Below are positions 60,964 through 64,000 of a DNA stretch of 64,000 nucleotides, in pieces. Origin of the DNA: Candidatus Versatilivorator sp. GTDB taxonomy: Bacteria; Acidobacteriota; Terriglobia; Versatilivoradales; Versatilivoraceae. Both the position numbers and the translations under genes were made by a program. Where the stretch lies: assembly GCA_965207735.1 (NCBI GenBank), contig OZ242296.1, forward strand, positions 640,001-704,000. Direction: 5' to 3'. The notes beneath the pieces were generated by a model. The model was not told the origin of the DNA. It ran no database searches and saw only the letters and a list, made by a program, of their open reading frames with translations. How positions within the stretch are numbered: the stretch's first letter is position 1; each line of letters starts with the position of its first letter.

Positions 60964-60978
60964 GGTGAGAAATGCGGG
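60964..60978 (-). repeat. Solitary IS1380-type IR
   Basis: GGTGAGAAATGCGGG, identical to the IS1380/MITE ends; no partner end recognised. Confidence 0.65.
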
Positions 60979-61057
60979 ATAAAATGGAAATGGCTCGAGG
61001 TTGGTGGAATGCGCCAGCCGCTCCGATCAACGTTGAAACTGTTGCCAGGCGTTCGGA

Positions 61058-63400
61058 ATGAGAATTCTCCGACAGTCGATTTTTTTGGAAGTCGCCGGCT
61101 CCTTCGGTCTGGGTAGCCTGGTGTTCAGCGCTGTCCTGCTGACCAACGAAGTGTCTCGACGGCTAATGGAAACCCTGGTTCAGGAGAACATCACCCTGGA
61201 GGAGGCCGGTCTCCTCTTCCTCTGCATCCTGCCCAAGGTGCTCACCTTCTCCATTCCCATGTCGGCCTTGTTGGGCATTCTCATCTGTTTCGGACGCCTT
61301 TCGGCCGACAGTGAAATTACCGCCATGCGATCTTCCGGCATCGGTCTGAGGAACCTGGTGTGGCCGGTATTGGTCTTCTCGGCGGTAGTGGGCACGGTGG
61401 CCCTGTTGAATTCCAACCTGTGGTCTCCCAGGGCCAATCACCGCCTGATATCGATCAAGGATGATATTGCGCTCAAGTCGCTCAACACCGCCGTCCGTAG
61501 AGGTGTCTTCGAAGAGCGTTTTCCCGGTCGGGTGGTCTACATCATGGATACGGCCCCCGACCGGCGCTCCTGGAAGGGGATCTTCCTGGCCGAGGTCACC
61601 GAGGCCAATTGGCCCAAGGCTACCTTTGCGCGCCAAGGTAGACTGATCAGCCACCTCGGCCGGCGTGAGCTGCAGCTCAACCTTCAGCAGGGTGCGACCT
61701 ACGAGGTGGTGCCGGGAAAAGAAGGGACGGTGCGGGTCACTTCCTTTGACGACGCCACCGTTCCCCTCTACAAGGCGATGGGTGCCCCCGCGGAGGCTCC
61801 CAAGAACAAATCCATCCTGGAGATGGACACGCTTGAGCTCTACGGCAAGGTTTTTTCCGAGGTTCCTGCCGGCAGCGACCTTGATCGCAGAAAGGGGGTC
61901 ATTGAGCTCAATCGTCGACTGGCGCTGCCGCTGGCCGTCCTTGTGTTTTGCATTCTCGGGCTTCCGCTGGGCGTTGTCACCAGGAGGGGCGGCAAGTCCT
62001 TCGGGTTCGTCGTCAGCCTGGTCATCTTCCTGGTCTATTTCATTCTTTTTTCCCAGGGTCTGGCTTTTGCGGAAAGCGGCCATATCCCGGCCTTCCTGGG
62101 CCCCTGGTTGGCGAACCTGGTGTTTCTGGCGTTGGGATTGTTTCTCTTGCTGATCTCGGAGAGGCAGTTTTCCTGGGGTCGGCTGTTTCGCCCCCTGGTC
62201 AACGCGATCTGGGGCGCGACCCGGGGACTGCGCAAGGAAGCGGCCGGCGCCGACAATTCCGGCCGGAATCGGAGAAGCGGGGGGAGCGGTGTCTCCCACT
62301 TCCCTGCCGGATGGACGCTGGACAAGTACATCCTCAGCGGATTCCTGAAAATCCTGGTTCTGGTGCTTGCCGCCTTCATCGTGCTCTTCGTGCTGTTTAC
62401 CTTCTTTGAACTGCTCAGCGACATCGTCGAGCAAGGCACTTCCGGTTGGGTCGTGTTCGACTACTTCCTCTACCTGATTCCCCACATCCTGGTGCAGATG
62501 ATTCCCTTCAGCGTCCTGGTAGCCGCGCTGGTGAGCTTCAGTCTCCTGACCCGGACCTCTCAGATCGTGGCCATGAAATCCTCGGGAATCAGCCTATACC
62601 GGCTGTCCTCTTCGGTTCTGCTGACTGCCTTCCTGTTGAGCGCCGGTTCCTTCATGCTGCAGGAATATGTCCTGCCATCCGCCAACCAGAAGCAGGACGA
62701 CTTGCGGCGCGTCATCAAGGGACGCAATCCTCAGACCATACGTCCCACCCTCAAGTGGATGATGGGCGAGCGGGACCGCATCTTCCACTACAATTTCTTC
62801 GATGATCAGCTCAACGTTTTCAATCGGATTTCGGTGTTCGACTTCGATCCGCGGACCCTTGCGGTCACCCGGATGGTCTTTGCCGAGAAAGCCTGGTGGG
62901 ACCCAACCCGCTCGGGATGGGTTTTCGAGGGGGGCTGGGCTCAGGGTTTCAGCCACGACCGGGCACAGCAGTCCCAGTTTTTAGCGATCGACCGTAAGCT
63001 GATCGGGTCCATTGAGGAGCGTCCCGACTACTTCAAGAAGGAAGTCCGTCAGTCATCCAAGATGAGTTATCGGGAATTGGGCCGCTACATCGACGACTTG
63101 AGCCGAAGCGGGTTCGACGTGGTGAGGCTGAAGGTTGCCTGGTACGGCAAGCTGTCCTTTCCGCTGGTGAGTCTGACCATGGCCATGATCGCCATTCCCT
63201 TTGCCTTTTCCACGGGCAAGCGGGGTTCGCTCTACGGCATTGGCCTCAGCATCGTGGTTGGAATCAGCTTCTGGGTCGTGCAGGGATTCTTCGAGCAGAT
63301 CGGAAGCGCGGGCAAGCTGGAGCCGCTGCTGGCCGCCTGGGCCCCCAACCTGGTCTTCGGGGCCGGAGGCCTCTACCTGCTCTTCAACGTGCGGACGTAG
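61058..63400 (+). CDS. lptF/G: Fused LptF/LptG LPS export permease
   Basis: Two YjgP/YjgQ repeats: RLSADSEITAMRSSG and LTRTSQIVAMKSSG; AAWAPN. Confidence 0.9.
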   Translation: MRILRQSIFLEVAGSFGLGSLVFSAVLLTNEVSRRLMETLVQENITLEEAGLLFLCILPKVLTFSIPMSALLGILICFGRLSADSEITAMRSSGIGLRNLVWPVLVFSAVVGTVALLNSNLWSPRANHRLISIKDDIALKSLNTAVRRGVFEERFPGRVVYIMDTAPDRRSWKGIFLAEVTEANWPKATFARQGRLISHLGRRELQLNLQQGATYEVVPGKEGTVRVTSFDDATVPLYKAMGAPAEAPKNKSILEMDTLELYGKVFSEVPAGSDLDRRKGVIELNRRLALPLAVLVFCILGLPLGVVTRRGGKSFGFVVSLVIFLVYFILFSQGLAFAESGHIPAFLGPWLANLVFLALGLFLLLISERQFSWGRLFRPLVNAIWGATRGLRKEAAGADNSGRNRRSGGSGVSHFPAGWTLDKYILSGFLKILVLVLAAFIVLFVLFTFFELLSDIVEQGTSGWVVFDYFLYLIPHILVQMIPFSVLVAALVSFSLLTRTSQIVAMKSSGISLYRLSSSVLLTAFLLSAGSFMLQEYVLPSANQKQDDLRRVIKGRNPQTIRPTLKWMMGERDRIFHYNFFDDQLNVFNRISVFDFDPRTLAVTRMVFAEKAWWDPTRSGWVFEGGWAQGFSHDRAQQSQFLAIDRKLIGSIEERPDYFKKEVRQSSKMSYRELGRYIDDLSRSGFDVVRLKVAWYGKLSFPLVSLTMAMIAIPFAFSTGKRGSLYGIGLSIVVGISFWVVQGFFEQIGSAGKLEPLLAAWAPNLVFGAGGLYLLFNVRT

Positions 63401-63415
63401 GTGGGACACCAAGTA

Positions 63416-64000
63416 ATGACCATGAATGAAGTCGGATTCGTTAGTCGCCGGTCCAGCGTGGAAAGCAAGATCGCCCTATTCCGTTCGCTGTTTCGGGGAC
63501 GCGAGGACGTCTATCCGCGCCGATTCGAGAGTTTGGCATCCGGTAAGTCGGGTTATGCGCCAGCATGTTCCAACGAGTGGCGGCCGGGCGTGTGCGAAAA
63601 GCCAAAGATTAAGTGTGCCGACTGCTTCAACCGCCGGTTCCTATCCGTCACCGACCAAGTGGTTCGTTGGCACCTGTCTGGCGCAGACGATAACGGCAAG
63701 CCGTTCACCATGGGCGTCTATCCCATGTCGGTCGATGAAAGCTGTCACTTTCTCGCGGTCGACTTTGACGGCAAGCGGTGGAGTGATGACGCAACAGCCT
63801 ATCTCGAAATCTGTGCCAGGCGTGGAGTCCCCGCTGCTCTCGAACGTTCAAGGTCGGGAAACGGAGGACACATTTGGCTGTTCTTCGACGAGGCTGTACC
63901 GGCGGGGTTGGCGCGCCGGTTAGGGGCGTTGCTTCTCACTGAAGCCATGGATGACCGGGCCGATCTCGGTTTTCGTTCTTACGACCGTTTCTTTCCGAGT
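63416..64000 (+). CDS. Partial gene: AEP primase-like N-terminal domain typical of TOTE-type primase/DEAD-helicase proteins (runs off the window)
   Basis: Own translation: KIALFRSLFRGREDVYPRRF..GYAPACSNEW..CADC..FLAVDFD..ERSRSGNGGHIWLFF..SYDRFFPS. Confidence 0.75.
   Translation, partial: MTMNEVGFVSRRSSVESKIALFRSLFRGREDVYPRRFESLASGKSGYAPACSNEWRPGVCEKPKIKCADCFNRRFLSVTDQVVRWHLSGADDNGKPFTMGVYPMSVDESCHFLAVDFDGKRWSDDATAYLEICARRGVPAALERSRSGNGGHIWLFFDEAVPAGLARRLGALLLTEAMDDRADLGFRSYDRFFPS

Noticed and set aside
61058-63400. LptF-LptG fusion as a novelty
   Set aside because: Fused LptF/G is recalled as common in Acidobacteria; used only as a taxonomic hint.

Overview
GC-rich bacterial window, probably Acidobacteriota (inferred from the fused lptF/G, a Tes-like radical SAM enzyme and the glyQS-ppdK context). 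Bases 1-14826 are the right part of an integrase-bounded defence island. It holds a HEPN/DUF4145-like protein, two ABC-type ATPase + TOPRIM-like pairs, Mrr, a FitA/VapC toxin-antitoxin pair coupled to a type I R-M operon, a vsr remnant and a P4-like integrase beside a tRNA-Ser-like att. The rest is housekeeping backbone (uxaA, tRNA-Thr, thiS, murJ, lpxD, xerD, recO, glyQS, ppdK, comEC, queD, lptFG) heavily invaded by mobile DNA: IS1634 with a nested IS5/IS1182-like element, two IS1182, IS1380 in comEC, and IS1380-type MITEs. The most notable observation is an 869-nt ORF-less group II intron present twice. Both copies sit exactly 13 bp inside an IS1380-type terminal inverted repeat, and the intron carries an EBS1-like loop complementary to that repeat. 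Other oddities are an xerD with a triplicated 40-aa block, a nested-stem/pseudoknot element in the island, a pfk deletion scar, thiS with a C-terminal extension and queD with an apparent ATT start. Coordinates were read by eye and family names come from motif recognition, not database searches.
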